A stretch of 25,120 nt of DNA from Pseudomonadota bacterium (GCA_043822785.1 JBDRBN010000016.1:1-25120), one strand, 5' to 3'. Positions 6,544 through 17,154 are shown, numbered from the stretch's first letter. The notes: generated by a model from the sequence alone, not told the origin. Program-made: numbers and translations.

Positions 6544-7911
6544 TTACGTTGCTGGCATTTCTCGCATGTTATATTCTCGAATCTTGCAAAAGAGCTCGAA
6601 TATATCGTCGCGCGTGAAATCGTCGCCAAAACAGTTAAACGCGCTGCTTCGGCGCGCGATGTGATGTGAAACATATTCATATTGCTTCATCTCTTCGAAG
6701 ATCGGCATTCCCGGCACATTATAAAAGATCGATGGCGCGATAAGGGTGTTTTTCTTTTGAAGAAAACAGATCGTGTCATGCATTTCTCGAAGCTTCTGAA
6801 AGGGAAGCCCTAATATGACATAGGTCGTTACAGGAAGTTTCAGCTCTTCGGCCCAGCTGAGCACCTGTTCGTAGTGTTCCATGCCCTCGGGCCTTTTGAG
6901 CTTGCCGCGAATGCCCGCCCCTGCGGTTCCCAGCGCCAGATCGATCTTGCGAAAGCCTGCGCGCTTCATAAGCCCTAGTAACTCGCGATCGAGATCTTTT
7001 GCATTCAGGCCGTTGGTGGCCATAAACTCAATACCCTCAAAGCTAGTGAGCGCACCATCGAGCAGTTTCTTTATGCGTTCTGGCTCGTGAAGAAGATTAT
7101 CATCTTGCAGATCAAAAATGTTAATCCCAAATCTATCGATACATTCTGAAATTTCTTCTAATACATGCTCGATCTGTCTCACCCTGTGCGCAAAACCTGC
7201 CACCGCATGTGTGGAGCAGAAAGAGCAACGATGAGGGCAGCCGCGCGAGGTGATGAGCATCGTGTATTTCTTTTTTCCCAAGACATAGTGCTTTGGATTG
7301 ATAAGCTCGCGCGCTGGAACAGGCAGATCGTCAAGATTGTCGACAACGAATGGAAGATCATCTTTCAAAGAAACCACTTGCCCGCGATACCGCTCGATAT
7401 TTGAAAGTAGCAAAGGTAAGGCCTTTTCTCCTTCGCCGCGAATCACGCAATCGAATAGGCCCGAGCCCATGAGTGATGAAGGATCGGCCGTCGCATGAGA
7501 GCCTCCGGCGATGATAAATAATAATGGAATGGCCTTGCGCAGGACCTCGGCTGTTTTGATGACCTCGCCGACATAAGGCGTAAACATGCTGCTTATGCAA
7601 ACCACATCGGGCGCTATTCGCCTTACCTGCTCTGCTATCTCATTGTATCTCATTCCGAAGTGCTTGAAGTTGGCGAATAGCTTGTTCTCTCGCGTATAAT
7701 AATTGGAAAGATGTTCAAGCTGAGGGGGAAGGGAAGCTGTCTTTTCAGTTTTTTCGGCACGCGCGTCAAGAATATCAACGATAAATCCTGCTGCCTTGAG
7801 GGAAGACGCTAGATATAAGAGACCTAATGGATATTCCCTAAACTTCGTGCGATAAAAATCCCGGATGGGCGGCTGAATCAAAAGGACGCGCAAGGTGAAT
7901 GAAGAGGACAT
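6544..7911 (-). CDS. B12-binding-domain radical SAM protein
   Basis: N-terminal PLGLLYLAS...IIAGGSHAT...GEGE (cobalamin-binding-like) followed by TSRGCPHRCSFC (CxxxCxxC). Confidence 0.92.
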   Translation of the reverse strand: MSSSFTLRVLLIQPPIRDFYRTKFREYPLGLLYLASSLKAAGFIVDILDARAEKTEKTASLPPQLEHLSNYYTRENKLFANFKHFGMRYNEIAEQVRRIAPDVVCISSMFTPYVGEVIKTAEVLRKAIPLLFIIAGGSHATADPSSLMGSGLFDCVIRGEGEKALPLLLSNIERYRGQVVSLKDDLPFVVDNLDDLPVPARELINPKHYVLGKKKYTMLITSRGCPHRCSFCSTHAVAGFAHRVRQIEHVLEEISECIDRFGINIFDLQDDNLLHEPERIKKLLDGALTSFEGIEFMATNGLNAKDLDRELLGLMKRAGFRKIDLALGTAGAGIRGKLKRPEGMEHYEQVLSWAEELKLPVTTYVILGLPFQKLREMHDTICFLQKKNTLIAPSIFYNVPGMPIFEEMKQYEYVSHHIARRSSAFNCFGDDFTRDDIFELFCKIREYNMREMPAT

Positions 7912-7917
7912 AATTCA

Positions 7918-8403
7918 TCAGTCCCTATAATTCACAAACTGTAAGGGAATTGGATAGTCGAGCGCCTTTATTACGGCGATGACCTCCTGCAGGTCGTCTC
8001 TCTTTTTTCCAGAAACACGAACTTGGCTTTCTTGGATGGCAGCTTGGACTTTAATTTTAAGATCTTTGATTTTTTTAACAAGTTCTCTGGCCTTGTCCAT
8101 GTCTATGCCTTCAACCACTTTCACCATGCAACGAACGGTATTTCCGGCAGCAGGCTCTACCTTGCCATAATCAAACGCTTTAAGATTGAGCCCTCGTCTT
8201 GCCGCCTTTGTCTGAAAGATATCTACCAACGCTTTCATCTTGAATTCGTCATCAGAGATAAACATGAGATGGTCTTTTTCTTCTTTGATCTCTGATCTGC
8301 TACCCTTGAAATCAAAGCGCTGTTTAATTTCACGATGAACCTGATCGATAGCATTTTTTAGTTCCTGGCGATTCAGTTCACTGACAATATCAAACGATGG
8401 CAT
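7918..8403 (-). CDS. yajQ: YajQ-family nucleotide/cyclic di-GMP-binding protein
   Basis: MPSFDIVS...RFDFKGS...VRVSGKKRDDLQ...PLQFVNYRD; RBS AAGGAG. Confidence 0.97.
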   Translation of the reverse strand: MPSFDIVSELNRQELKNAIDQVHREIKQRFDFKGSRSEIKEEKDHLMFISDDEFKMKALVDIFQTKAARRGLNLKAFDYGKVEPAAGNTVRCMVKVVEGIDMDKARELVKKIKDLKIKVQAAIQESQVRVSGKKRDDLQEVIAVIKALDYPIPLQFVNYRD

Positions 8404-8420
8404 GGGGCTCTCCTTCCAAC

Positions 8421-8488
8421 ATCCAATTTCTAATTTCGCTTTTCAGTAAACGCCAGATAAAAGCGTTTTTTGAAATTGGAAATTGGAT
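8421..8488. repeat. Complete palindromic copy of the heptamer element
   Basis: ATCCAATTTCTAATTTC (8421-8437) and GAAATTGGAAATTGGAT (8472-8488), with inner AAACGC/GCGTTT. Confidence 0.8.
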
Positions 8489-8490
8489 TT

Positions 8491-9285
8491 TTATAAAATC
8501 AAATCATCCAAATCTGGCAGGTTGTCCTCTACAGGTCCTTCTTCTTTTGGCATGGGCCTGGGCCTGGCCGTAGCTGGGGCTGGTTTGGAAAAACCGTGCC
8601 TATAAAGCGGCAGGTCATCTGAATTGCTCTTTACCACGTCGATATGATGACGGGTCTGTCTTTCCCATTTCTTTAGTGCCTTTTCTAAAAGGGGCTGATT
8701 CATAGACCACAAAAGCGCATGCTCACCCTCTATCTTTTGTTCGGAAAAGAGTTTGTATCCCAAAGAAAAGCTTTGAAAGCCTGCTTCGTCTGAGCCTCCC
8801 CACACGATGAAATTAGCTGGCTCCTGAATCTGAAGCCTCACCGGCTTATCAGGATCCCAGTCGGTTCTTAGAAAACCCACGATGTTAAGGTTTAGGCGAA
8901 TGCACCAGATGGGTTCTGTAAGGCCTTTGAGAACGAGCATGAGCTCATCTAAAAACGTCATCTGGTTGAGGTTCTCTTTCGTAACCTGCTTGGTAGCGTT
9001 ATAGGTTGTAAGCTCCATGCTGTCTGGAACCACGAGCCCAAAGAACGATCTTAAGAAATTAAATACCTGCTCAAAGAACCAGACATTGCTCTGCTCCACA
9101 TTCATGCGCGTAAAATTGATCGACGGGTTAAACCCCCAGCTGCCCACGACCTGGCCGCGCTGTGTGGATTCCATAAGAAAATCATCCAGCCCTGTTGGGA
9201 CATTCACCTCATTTTTTGTCTTGAGAGCTGCCATGGTGCATTCATGGTATCTCAAATCATAGTCAGCTGTCCAGGGCAGCGACAT
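8491..9285 (-). CDS. Hypothetical protein (264 aa, acidic C-terminal tail)
   Basis: Long ORF co-oriented with yajQ; no motif recognised. Confidence 0.75.
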   Translation of the reverse strand: MSLPWTADYDLRYHECTMAALKTKNEVNVPTGLDDFLMESTQRGQVVGSWGFNPSINFTRMNVEQSNVWFFEQVFNFLRSFFGLVVPDSMELTTYNATKQVTKENLNQMTFLDELMLVLKGLTEPIWCIRLNLNIVGFLRTDWDPDKPVRLQIQEPANFIVWGGSDEAGFQSFSLGYKLFSEQKIEGEHALLWSMNQPLLEKALKKWERQTRHHIDVVKSNSDDLPLYRHGFSKPAPATARPRPMPKEEGPVEDNLPDLDDLIL

Positions 9286-9413
9286 AAAAAAGCGCTATGC
9301 GCCTTAAATTTCTATACGTTCAAATATTGCCAGAACCCCAGGATATCTCTTGGCATTTTGGCTTTCATAGCCTAAAATAACGCGCTGTATTTATTTGGGG
9401 GCGATAATCAAAG

Positions 9414-11411
9414 ATGAAAAGGTTTGCTATAAGCCTATCGTGGATTTTCTGTCTGTTCTTATCCAACCCTGTCCTGGCTGGCACGCTAGAAGCAGAATTG
9501 CCAAAAGGTAATATCGACTCATCGATCGAAGAACAAATCTACTTTGCCGAAGAAGAGCTTGTAACCGGGCCAACCAAGAGGCCAGTCCCTCTCATCGAAG
9601 CGCCAGCCAACGTCACCGTCATCACGCACGAAGATATCATGCAGTCCGGGGTCACAAATTTGGGCGAGGTATTCAGGCGCGTCGCAGGCATGGATGTTGT
9701 CACCATTACCGCAGCTGACACGCAGGTGTCTGCCAGGGGTTTTGCAACCCACCTCATCGACGGAGACCGGATGGCCGTTCTTGTGGACGGTAGAACTTTT
9801 TACCTAGAATTTTTAGGCGGCTCCATATGGTCAACTTTTCCGGTGCCCCTTTCAGACATCAAGCGCATCGAGGTGATAAAGGGCCCCATGTCTTCGCTTT
9901 ATGGCAATAAAGCCATGCTCGGAATCATCAACATCATCACCTATGATCCAGAGGAAACCCGCACCACTCTTGGAGGAGGTGGTGGCCGCTTTCGCATGGC
10001 ACAAGGAGAGTTTATCAATGCAGGCAAATTTGCCGACGGATACTGGTACAAGATCAGCGGCTCATACAACCGATCAAACGAATTCTCAGATACAGATAAC
10101 AATGGCAGCAGTAAGGATTTAGAGGTTCTATCTATCGATGGCAGACTCTTATTTAAACCAACTGATTCAACAAAAATCGAATTGTGTGGAAATATCGCCC
10201 AGAACGCCTTTAGGCTACAGCTGGCCGGACTAAGCGACTGGGACGGCCGCTCGGGCGTATTAGAAGGCAATGTTGATCAAGGCCTAGGACGTTGGGGCAA
10301 TCTTCGGTTTCAGACTTATTGGAAACACGTCGATTTTTCCTCCAAGACTTTTGTCATCAGCTCAGATGTAATTGATACGATTGATTCAGAATTAAGGCAC
10401 TCCATCCCTGTCGATATAGGATCCCACGTCAAAAACACGACCACATATGGCCTTAACTATCGCTACGTGGGCAGCGACAGCCCCTCTATCACAGATACGC
10501 TCCACAACTTTGCTGGATTTTTGCAAAACGAAACCCGCTTTTTTGACAAAGTGATCTTTACAGGCGGCGTGCGCGTTGATCATCAAAAGGATTATGCAGG
10601 AACCGATTGGTCTGCACAGGGTAGCCTAGTTTATCTGGCGCACCCGCACTACTCTGTGCGCGCAGGAGTTGCCACCGCCTTTAACACGCCGACGCTCATA
10701 CAGTATTTTTCAAACTACCAATTTCCAACAACGTTTGGAGCAATCAACCAAATCCAAATGACAGGAAACCGCAACCTTAACTCAGAACGAATTCTGTATT
10801 TTGAATTTGCCAACACAATACGGCCAATAGATCAACTAAAGATCCGTGCCGATTTCTTCTACTATCGCCTAAACAACATGATCACTCCAACCTTAGCAGT
10901 GGTAAATCCAACCACCTTGCGCGTTTCCTATCTTAATGACGGCGGAGCCGAAGCCATAGGTGGCGAGATTGGAATAGATGCAGAAATATTTAGCTGGCTC
11001 AGCGCTTATGCCAGTTGGTCTTACGAGCAATTTGATGCCATAAACGGTAACACAGATCCGACTGCAAACCTTGGTAATCCAAGACACAAGTCCTCTAGCG
11101 GGCTTAGGGCATATTTCCTAAACAAGCGTATCAGCGCAAACCTGAACTTCAATTATGTGCGGCAGCATATGGCACAAAACGGAATGATAAATTTTACTAC
11201 AACTACTTCAACCAGGGTCGACAACTTATATCTTTTGAACTTAAGGCTTGGATTCTGGCCAATAAGAGATCACCTTGAACTTGCAGTTGCAGCCAATAAC
11301 ATATTAAACGATGATAACCCTCAGACTCCGGCTTTTGATCCAAATGGCCAGCTTGTGCTTGCAGAGCAACCCAAGTTCAACATCCGGGGCTCGCTTCGGT
11401 ATGTATTTTAA
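9414..11411 (+). CDS. TonB-dependent receptor 1
   Basis: Signal peptide, plug motifs (APANVTVIT, VSARGF, VLVDGR, IKRIEVIKGPMSSLYG) and C-terminal Phe (LRYVF). Confidence 0.95.
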   Translation: MKRFAISLSWIFCLFLSNPVLAGTLEAELPKGNIDSSIEEQIYFAEEELVTGPTKRPVPLIEAPANVTVITHEDIMQSGVTNLGEVFRRVAGMDVVTITAADTQVSARGFATHLIDGDRMAVLVDGRTFYLEFLGGSIWSTFPVPLSDIKRIEVIKGPMSSLYGNKAMLGIINIITYDPEETRTTLGGGGGRFRMAQGEFINAGKFADGYWYKISGSYNRSNEFSDTDNNGSSKDLEVLSIDGRLLFKPTDSTKIELCGNIAQNAFRLQLAGLSDWDGRSGVLEGNVDQGLGRWGNLRFQTYWKHVDFSSKTFVISSDVIDTIDSELRHSIPVDIGSHVKNTTTYGLNYRYVGSDSPSITDTLHNFAGFLQNETRFFDKVIFTGGVRVDHQKDYAGTDWSAQGSLVYLAHPHYSVRAGVATAFNTPTLIQYFSNYQFPTTFGAINQIQMTGNRNLNSERILYFEFANTIRPIDQLKIRADFFYYRLNNMITPTLAVVNPTTLRVSYLNDGGAEAIGGEIGIDAEIFSWLSAYASWSYEQFDAINGNTDPTANLGNPRHKSSSGLRAYFLNKRISANLNFNYVRQHMAQNGMINFTTTTSTRVDNLYLLNLRLGFWPIRDHLELAVAANNILNDDNPQTPAFDPNGQLVLAEQPKFNIRGSLRYVF

Positions 11412-11413
11412 AA

Positions 11414-13435
11414 ATGAATAGTATGAACAAAACATCTTTTTATATCTCTTTATGTCTGGGCATCCTACTGTCTGCGTTTATAGGCATATCCGCCGCGTCG
11501 GCAACGGATGAAGATGTCGGCCAACTTGCCGCTATGATGGAAGCTCCATCCATTGAAGAAGAAATCTACTTTTCGCCAGAGGAGATCGTCACAGGACCAA
11601 CCAAGCGCGAAGTCCTTTTGACCGAGGCCCCAGCCAACGTAACCATAATCACCCATGAAGACATCGTCCAGTCAGGCGTCACAAACCTGGCAGAGGTGTT
11701 CAGGCGCGTACCTGGCATGGATGTTTATACCATAACAGCCGCTGAAACCGAGGTGTCGGCCAGAGGATTTGCCACCACAGTTTTATCAGGAAGCCGCATG
11801 GCCGTGCTGGTGGATGGCAGAACATTCTACCTAGAATTTTTAGGCCCCACCTTGTGGGGACAGTTCCCAGTACCTTTGGCCGACATCAAGCGCATCGAGG
11901 TCATAAAGGGCCCTATGTCGTCCTTATATGGCAACAGGGCGCTCTTGGGCATCATAAATATCATCACGTACGATCCGGAAGAAACAAAAACCTTGCTCTC
12001 TGGCGGAGGTGGCCGGTTCTACATGGCCCAGGGCAACTTCATACATGCCGGAAAATTTGCTGACGGATATTGGTACAAGGCCACAGGCGCCTATGATCGC
12101 ACTAACGAATACTCTGACGTCGCAGGTGACGGCACTACAAAAGATCGCGATGACCTTCGCTTTCAGGGAGAGTTTTTGTTTCAGCCCATTGATCCGCTTA
12201 GGTTTAAACTCACCGGCGGCATAACGCAGAGCTCTGAAAGGCTTCAGTTCGGAGGTCTAAGCGACTGGGATGACCGCAGGAGCGTGGTGGACGGAAGGCT
12301 CAGCTATGACCTTGGCAAGTATGGAATGCTTCACTTTCAGTCATATTGGCAGCGCCATTACATCTCCAGCAAAACCTACAATATGCCCTCGCAGGATATT
12401 GACACGGTCGATGCCGAGATCATGCATTCGATCGGATTTGACATAGGTAAGAATTTCAAAAACACCACCACCTATGGCTTCAACTATAGGCTAGTGGATT
12501 CTAGCAACCAAAACATATCTTCTCTTAATAGTTTTGCATTCTTTTTACAAAATGAATCGCGTTTCTTTGATCGCGTAATCCTCACAGGCGGCATGCGCCT
12601 TGACCACCAAAAGGATTTTGCAGGCACCAACATATCAGCCCAAGGCAGCACAGTCTTTCTGATCCATCCTAAATACACGCTGCGAGCTGGAGTTGCCACT
12701 GCGTTTAACACGCCAACGCTGGTTCAGTATTTTCTTCAGTTTGACATGCCGATCTCTGTGGGGGCATTTAATACAGCAAGGTTTATCTCCAACAGAAATC
12801 TCAAAGCTGAGCGCATCCTCTATTTTGAAGTGGGCAATACGATAAAGCCGATCGATAAGCTCACCGTGCGTGCAGATTTCTTCTACTATAGACTAAACAA
12901 CATGATAATCCCCTTTATCGGAATTGTGGATCCAACCACTTTAGGTCTGTCTTTTATTAACGATGGCGGAGTCGAGGCCATAGGCGGTGAGCTCGGAGTT
13001 GATGGAGACATATTGAGCTGGCTCAGCGGCTATGCAAACTGGTCTTATCAGGATTTTGATGCGATCAATGGAAATTTAAATCCTACTGCAAATTTAAGTA
13101 ATCCTAAACATAAAGCAAGCGCAGGGCTGCGAGCTTATTGGCTAAACCGCCGCATCAGCGCAAACCTCGACTTTAACTATGTTCGCCATCGTATGGCGCA
13201 AAACGGTGCGGTAAACACCGCTACTACGCCAGCGGTTCAAGTGAACGATCTATATCTTCTCAACTTAAGGCTTGGGTTCTGGCCCATAAGAGATCACCTC
13301 GAGCTGGCAGTGGCAGCGAATAACTTATTAAACGACGACAGTCCACAGGTGCCGGATTTTGACCCGTTTACCAACTCTGTGTTGGCAGAGCGGCCCAAGT
13401 TCAACATCTGGGGATCGGTGAAATACGTCTTTTAG
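11414..13435 (+). CDS. TonB-dependent receptor 2 (paralog of receptor 1)
   Basis: Same plug motifs; ends VKYVF; 2 nt after the previous stop. Confidence 0.95.
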   Translation: MNSMNKTSFYISLCLGILLSAFIGISAASATDEDVGQLAAMMEAPSIEEEIYFSPEEIVTGPTKREVLLTEAPANVTIITHEDIVQSGVTNLAEVFRRVPGMDVYTITAAETEVSARGFATTVLSGSRMAVLVDGRTFYLEFLGPTLWGQFPVPLADIKRIEVIKGPMSSLYGNRALLGIINIITYDPEETKTLLSGGGGRFYMAQGNFIHAGKFADGYWYKATGAYDRTNEYSDVAGDGTTKDRDDLRFQGEFLFQPIDPLRFKLTGGITQSSERLQFGGLSDWDDRRSVVDGRLSYDLGKYGMLHFQSYWQRHYISSKTYNMPSQDIDTVDAEIMHSIGFDIGKNFKNTTTYGFNYRLVDSSNQNISSLNSFAFFLQNESRFFDRVILTGGMRLDHQKDFAGTNISAQGSTVFLIHPKYTLRAGVATAFNTPTLVQYFLQFDMPISVGAFNTARFISNRNLKAERILYFEVGNTIKPIDKLTVRADFFYYRLNNMIIPFIGIVDPTTLGLSFINDGGVEAIGGELGVDGDILSWLSGYANWSYQDFDAINGNLNPTANLSNPKHKASAGLRAYWLNRRISANLDFNYVRHRMAQNGAVNTATTPAVQVNDLYLLNLRLGFWPIRDHLELAVAANNLLNDDSPQVPDFDPFTNSVLAERPKFNIWGSVKYVF

Positions 13436-13443
13436 AAGATAGA

Positions 13444-14355
13444 ATGGCTATGCGCATAAAAACCTTTATATGCACGTTGATGTTCTTGTTGATGCCAGGG
13501 CTTCTCTACGCCCAGGATGCGTGCATAGTACTATCCAGCGATATCAAGCCATATCAGGAAGCAACAAAAGGATTCGAAAAAGCATTCAAAGGCAGCACTA
13601 AGGAGTTCATCCTAGGCACAGAAGAATCTTCACCTATAGAAATCATGCAAGCCATTAAGGATCAGGGGTGTAAAGTAACCGTAGCTATGGGATCTAAAGC
13701 ACTTAAGTTCCTAAAGCTTCGAGTCGCTGATAGGCCTATCGTCTTTGCCATGACGCTTTCTCCTTCTGTAAAAGAAGCTTTAGGCCGCAACATAACGGGC
13801 GTCTATCTGGAACCTTCGCCTCAGGATTCGCTAACAGCCATACACAAGCTTATCCCGGGCGCTTCTACAATAGGCATACTCTATTCCGACTCATTGTCAG
13901 ACGATTTTCTCGCAAAAGCTCGCAGCGCTGCAAACAGGATGGGACTCAAGCTCGAAACAATGTACGTGCCTTCAGTAGCAGATGCTGTAAGAGCTGCTCC
14001 GATCATATGCACAAAATCCGATGTCTTGTGGATGACACCTGATCCCATCACTTCCTCGCGCAGCTCATTTGAGGCCATGCTCACTTCTTCGTTCCAGAAC
14101 AAAGTACCCCTCTTCGCTTTATCCGATAAACACGTTAAAGGAGGTGCGATAGCAGCGCTCTCGACTGACTACATGGAAAACGGAAAACAGGCGGGTGCCA
14201 TGGCGCAAAAAGTTCTGCAAGGCACGCTGCCTTCAGCAATGCCTCATGAGTATGCCAGGGAGTCAGGGCTCATCATCAACCTTAAGACTGCAGAAAAGCT
14301 TGGCTTCCCTATCTCTAAAAGTTTACTGGACGAAGCTGTAGAAGTGTATCGCTAG
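13444..14355 (+). CDS. Periplasmic substrate-binding protein (ABC_sub_bind-like)
   Basis: Signal peptide; NITGV, TIGILYS, VKGGAIAALSTDY..NGKQAG and LIINLKTAEKLG motifs. Confidence 0.88.
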   Translation: MAMRIKTFICTLMFLLMPGLLYAQDACIVLSSDIKPYQEATKGFEKAFKGSTKEFILGTEESSPIEIMQAIKDQGCKVTVAMGSKALKFLKLRVADRPIVFAMTLSPSVKEALGRNITGVYLEPSPQDSLTAIHKLIPGASTIGILYSDSLSDDFLAKARSAANRMGLKLETMYVPSVADAVRAAPIICTKSDVLWMTPDPITSSRSSFEAMLTSSFQNKVPLFALSDKHVKGGAIAALSTDYMENGKQAGAMAQKVLQGTLPSAMPHEYARESGLIINLKTAEKLGFPISKSLLDEAVEVYR

Positions 14356-14356
14356 A

Positions 14357-14384
14357 TGTCATCCTGAGCGAAGCGAAGGATCCC
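14357..14384 (+). repeat. Half copy of a GTCAT-type palindromic (REP-like) element
   Basis: TGTCATCCTGAGCGAAGCGAAGGATCCC resembles the left arm at 24970-24998 (TGTCATTGCGAGCAAAGCGAAGCAATCCC). Confidence 0.7.
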
Positions 14385-14421
14385 GGGAAATTCAGTATTT
14401 TATACATAAGCGGAGTATGTC

Positions 14422-17127
14422 TTGAAAAAGTTGATGCACAAAAGTTTAGCTAACCGAATTCTGCTGTTGATCACAGGCATAATATGCCTGCTCACTGGTT
14501 CGCTTATCATCTACAACAGCATACACAACCGCAACACCCTTCTGAAATATGCCGAAGATTCAGGCCTATCTTTTGCAAAGAGCATGGCCCAGGGCAGCCT
14601 GCTTGGCGTAATAGCAGCTGAGCCTCTTTTTCTTGAGCAGCCCTTTTCCATAGCGATGAGCAATCCAGAAGTGGCCTTCGTGGCTGCCTATGATTTGAAA
14701 GGCAAGATCATCTTTAAGGAGTCAAAGTTCGAAATTAACTTACAGCTGCCAGAAGCTCAATTTAGAAACATCATGAAAGCAGGCAAGGCAATCGTCGGTG
14801 AGCCCATCCATATGCCTCATGATGTAATAGAGGACTTGTACGCACCTGTACGCGCCGAGTTGCCTACCGAGGAGCTGGCCGAGGAATTGCTAGCAGAGCC
14901 TGAGGAGCCAGCCAAACCCATAACGCAAACTATAGGCTTTATAAGGCTTGGCTTCTCAAGAGCTAGGATAAGTGCTGCAGAAAAAACTTCGGCCATAATC
15001 GGAATAGCGATTGGGCTCGCAATGCTGACAATTGGCGTATTTCTTGCGCTATTGTTGGGTCGTCGCATCACCGGGCCGCTCAAGGAATTGGAGGCCGGCA
15101 CCAAGAAAATTTCTGATGGTGATCTCGATGTCTCGTTACACATCACTACCGAAGATGAAGTTGGAGCTGTTGCAAGGGCCTTCAACGCCATGGCTGGGGC
15201 TTTGAAGGAAACCACCGTGTCAAAGGATTACGTCGACAACATAGTTGGTTCGATGAACGAAGCCATGTTGGTTATAAATACCAATAGACAGATAAGCACA
15301 ATGAATTCGGCTGCAGAAAACTTGCTCAAATATAATTCCTCTGATCTTGCGGGTAAATCCGTTGACGTCCTATTCATAAAACCAGCAGACCATCCTCTGG
15401 ACAAAGCTCATTGGCCCCTGCTCACCTCTTCTGCCATATCGAATTTCGAGACAGAATATCGCACAAAGGATGGCATAGGAATACCTGTGAGTTTGTCATC
15501 AGCGCCAATGTATGACCGCCATGGCCGAATGACCGGCGTCGTTTGCATCGCTCGCGATATGCGCGAAATAAATTCACTGCTCGAACAGCTCCGATCACAC
15601 GCGGCTGAACTCGAGCGCTATCAGTCAGTACTTCTTAACATGCTGGACGATAACGAAAAGGCCAGAACTGAAACCGAATCTGAAAGGCTTAAAACTCTGT
15701 CAGCTGTTAACTCCATGTCAGAAGGACTTGTCATGTTCAGCACAGCAGAGGACGAGGTGATCCTCATCAATCCTGCTGCAAGGAAAATGCTGACTTTAGA
15801 TATCGATTCGCAAGCCTCAATTGCAGACGTGAAAAGACTACTAGGTTCGGCCTTTGAAACGATGTTGGTGCGTAAAGAGCCGCTGGACGAAGCACACCTT
15901 GTGCTCGACATAACTATCGGAGAAACAATACTGCGCACCATCCGGGTCGAGGGCATACCCGTTGGCCCAGAAAAGCAACGAATAGGCACGATGCTCGTCC
16001 TGCGCGATATAACCAGAGAGCGACAGCTCGATAATGCAAAATATGAACTCATAAACAATGTCTCTCATGAGCTTCGCACTCCGCTCTCGATCATAAGCAA
16101 TGTCATTTCCAACCTACTTATCGGAATAGCCGGTCCCATGTCTGAGAAAGCAACGAGCACCCTTAAGACCTGCCAGGTAAACATAAAAAGGCTTTCTCAT
16201 ATCATCGACGGGCTTCTCAGCACAGCTTCTATTGATGCAGGGCAGGTGATCATAAAGCGCAGAACTGTTGATGTTAAAGCGCTGGTTCGTGGTGAGCTTT
16301 CGGCATTTGAGGGGGAAGCAGCAAAGAAGTCGCTTAAGCTCGACATCGAACTTCCCGCCGAACCCTTGAATGTCTATTGCGATGCAGAGATCGTCAGTAA
16401 GGTGTTATCCAATTTGATATCCAATGCCATCAGGTATACGCCAAAAGGAGGAGAGATCTTCATATTTGCCGGCCGCAAGGATTCGCAAATTGAATTTTCA
16501 GTCACAGATACGGGAATAGGCATACCGCCTGATGAACAGCGATCAGTATTCGAGCATTTTCACCAGATAGGCCGCGTGTACGGACCCGGAGAAAAAGGTG
16601 TTGGACTTGGTCTGGCCGTCTCAAGGCTCTTGGTGCAACGACATAGGGGATCCATAGGTGTAAGCAGCGTGCCTGGCAAGGGAAGTAAATTCTATTTTGT
16701 CATACCAGATCTCAACGGCGAGGAACTCATAACCACATATCTAGAGGATAAAGTCGCATCTATGCCGGATGAGGAAAACGCCCCGATCCTTATGTCAATT
16801 GCCGTTCATGAAAAGAGTACAGGCAAACCTGTTAAAGATGAAAAGATCGCAGAAGATGTTCACAAGGAGATCAAGCTACACCTTAAGGAAAGAGAGCACA
16901 TAACCACGCAATCGAAATTGCCAACTGAACTCATGGCCGTTGTCATGCCAGACCAAACAGCAGATGCAAAAACTATAATTAAGGACATAAAGATTGTAGT
17001 AAAAGAGATAGAGAAAAAAAATGACAACATAAAGATTGCTATAGGAACGACAATTTGCACGTCAATGGATATGGATATAGCACACTACATCGATAAAGCT
17101 CGCAAGTCTGATCGCAATAATGAGTGA
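14422..17127 (+). CDS. Membrane sensor histidine kinase (2 TM, HAMP, 2 PAS, HisKA, HATPase, extra C-terminal domain)
   Basis: HAMP (ITGPLKEL...DEVGAVARAFNAM), H-box SHELRTPL, N-box NLISNAIRY, G1 DTGIGI, G2 GVGLGL. TTG start after GGAG; ATG at 14434 is an alternative. Confidence 0.95.
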   Translation: MKKLMHKSLANRILLLITGIICLLTGSLIIYNSIHNRNTLLKYAEDSGLSFAKSMAQGSLLGVIAAEPLFLEQPFSIAMSNPEVAFVAAYDLKGKIIFKESKFEINLQLPEAQFRNIMKAGKAIVGEPIHMPHDVIEDLYAPVRAELPTEELAEELLAEPEEPAKPITQTIGFIRLGFSRARISAAEKTSAIIGIAIGLAMLTIGVFLALLLGRRITGPLKELEAGTKKISDGDLDVSLHITTEDEVGAVARAFNAMAGALKETTVSKDYVDNIVGSMNEAMLVINTNRQISTMNSAAENLLKYNSSDLAGKSVDVLFIKPADHPLDKAHWPLLTSSAISNFETEYRTKDGIGIPVSLSSAPMYDRHGRMTGVVCIARDMREINSLLEQLRSHAAELERYQSVLLNMLDDNEKARTETESERLKTLSAVNSMSEGLVMFSTAEDEVILINPAARKMLTLDIDSQASIADVKRLLGSAFETMLVRKEPLDEAHLVLDITIGETILRTIRVEGIPVGPEKQRIGTMLVLRDITRERQLDNAKYELINNVSHELRTPLSIISNVISNLLIGIAGPMSEKATSTLKTCQVNIKRLSHIIDGLLSTASIDAGQVIIKRRTVDVKALVRGELSAFEGEAAKKSLKLDIELPAEPLNVYCDAEIVSKVLSNLISNAIRYTPKGGEIFIFAGRKDSQIEFSVTDTGIGIPPDEQRSVFEHFHQIGRVYGPGEKGVGLGLAVSRLLVQRHRGSIGVSSVPGKGSKFYFVIPDLNGEELITTYLEDKVASMPDEENAPILMSIAVHEKSTGKPVKDEKIAEDVHKEIKLHLKEREHITTQSKLPTELMAVVMPDQTADAKTIIKDIKIVVKEIEKKNDNIKIAIGTTICTSMDMDIAHYIDKARKSDRNNE

Positions 17128-17154
17128 GGGGTTGCAGAGCCAGGAGGTGTTCAT

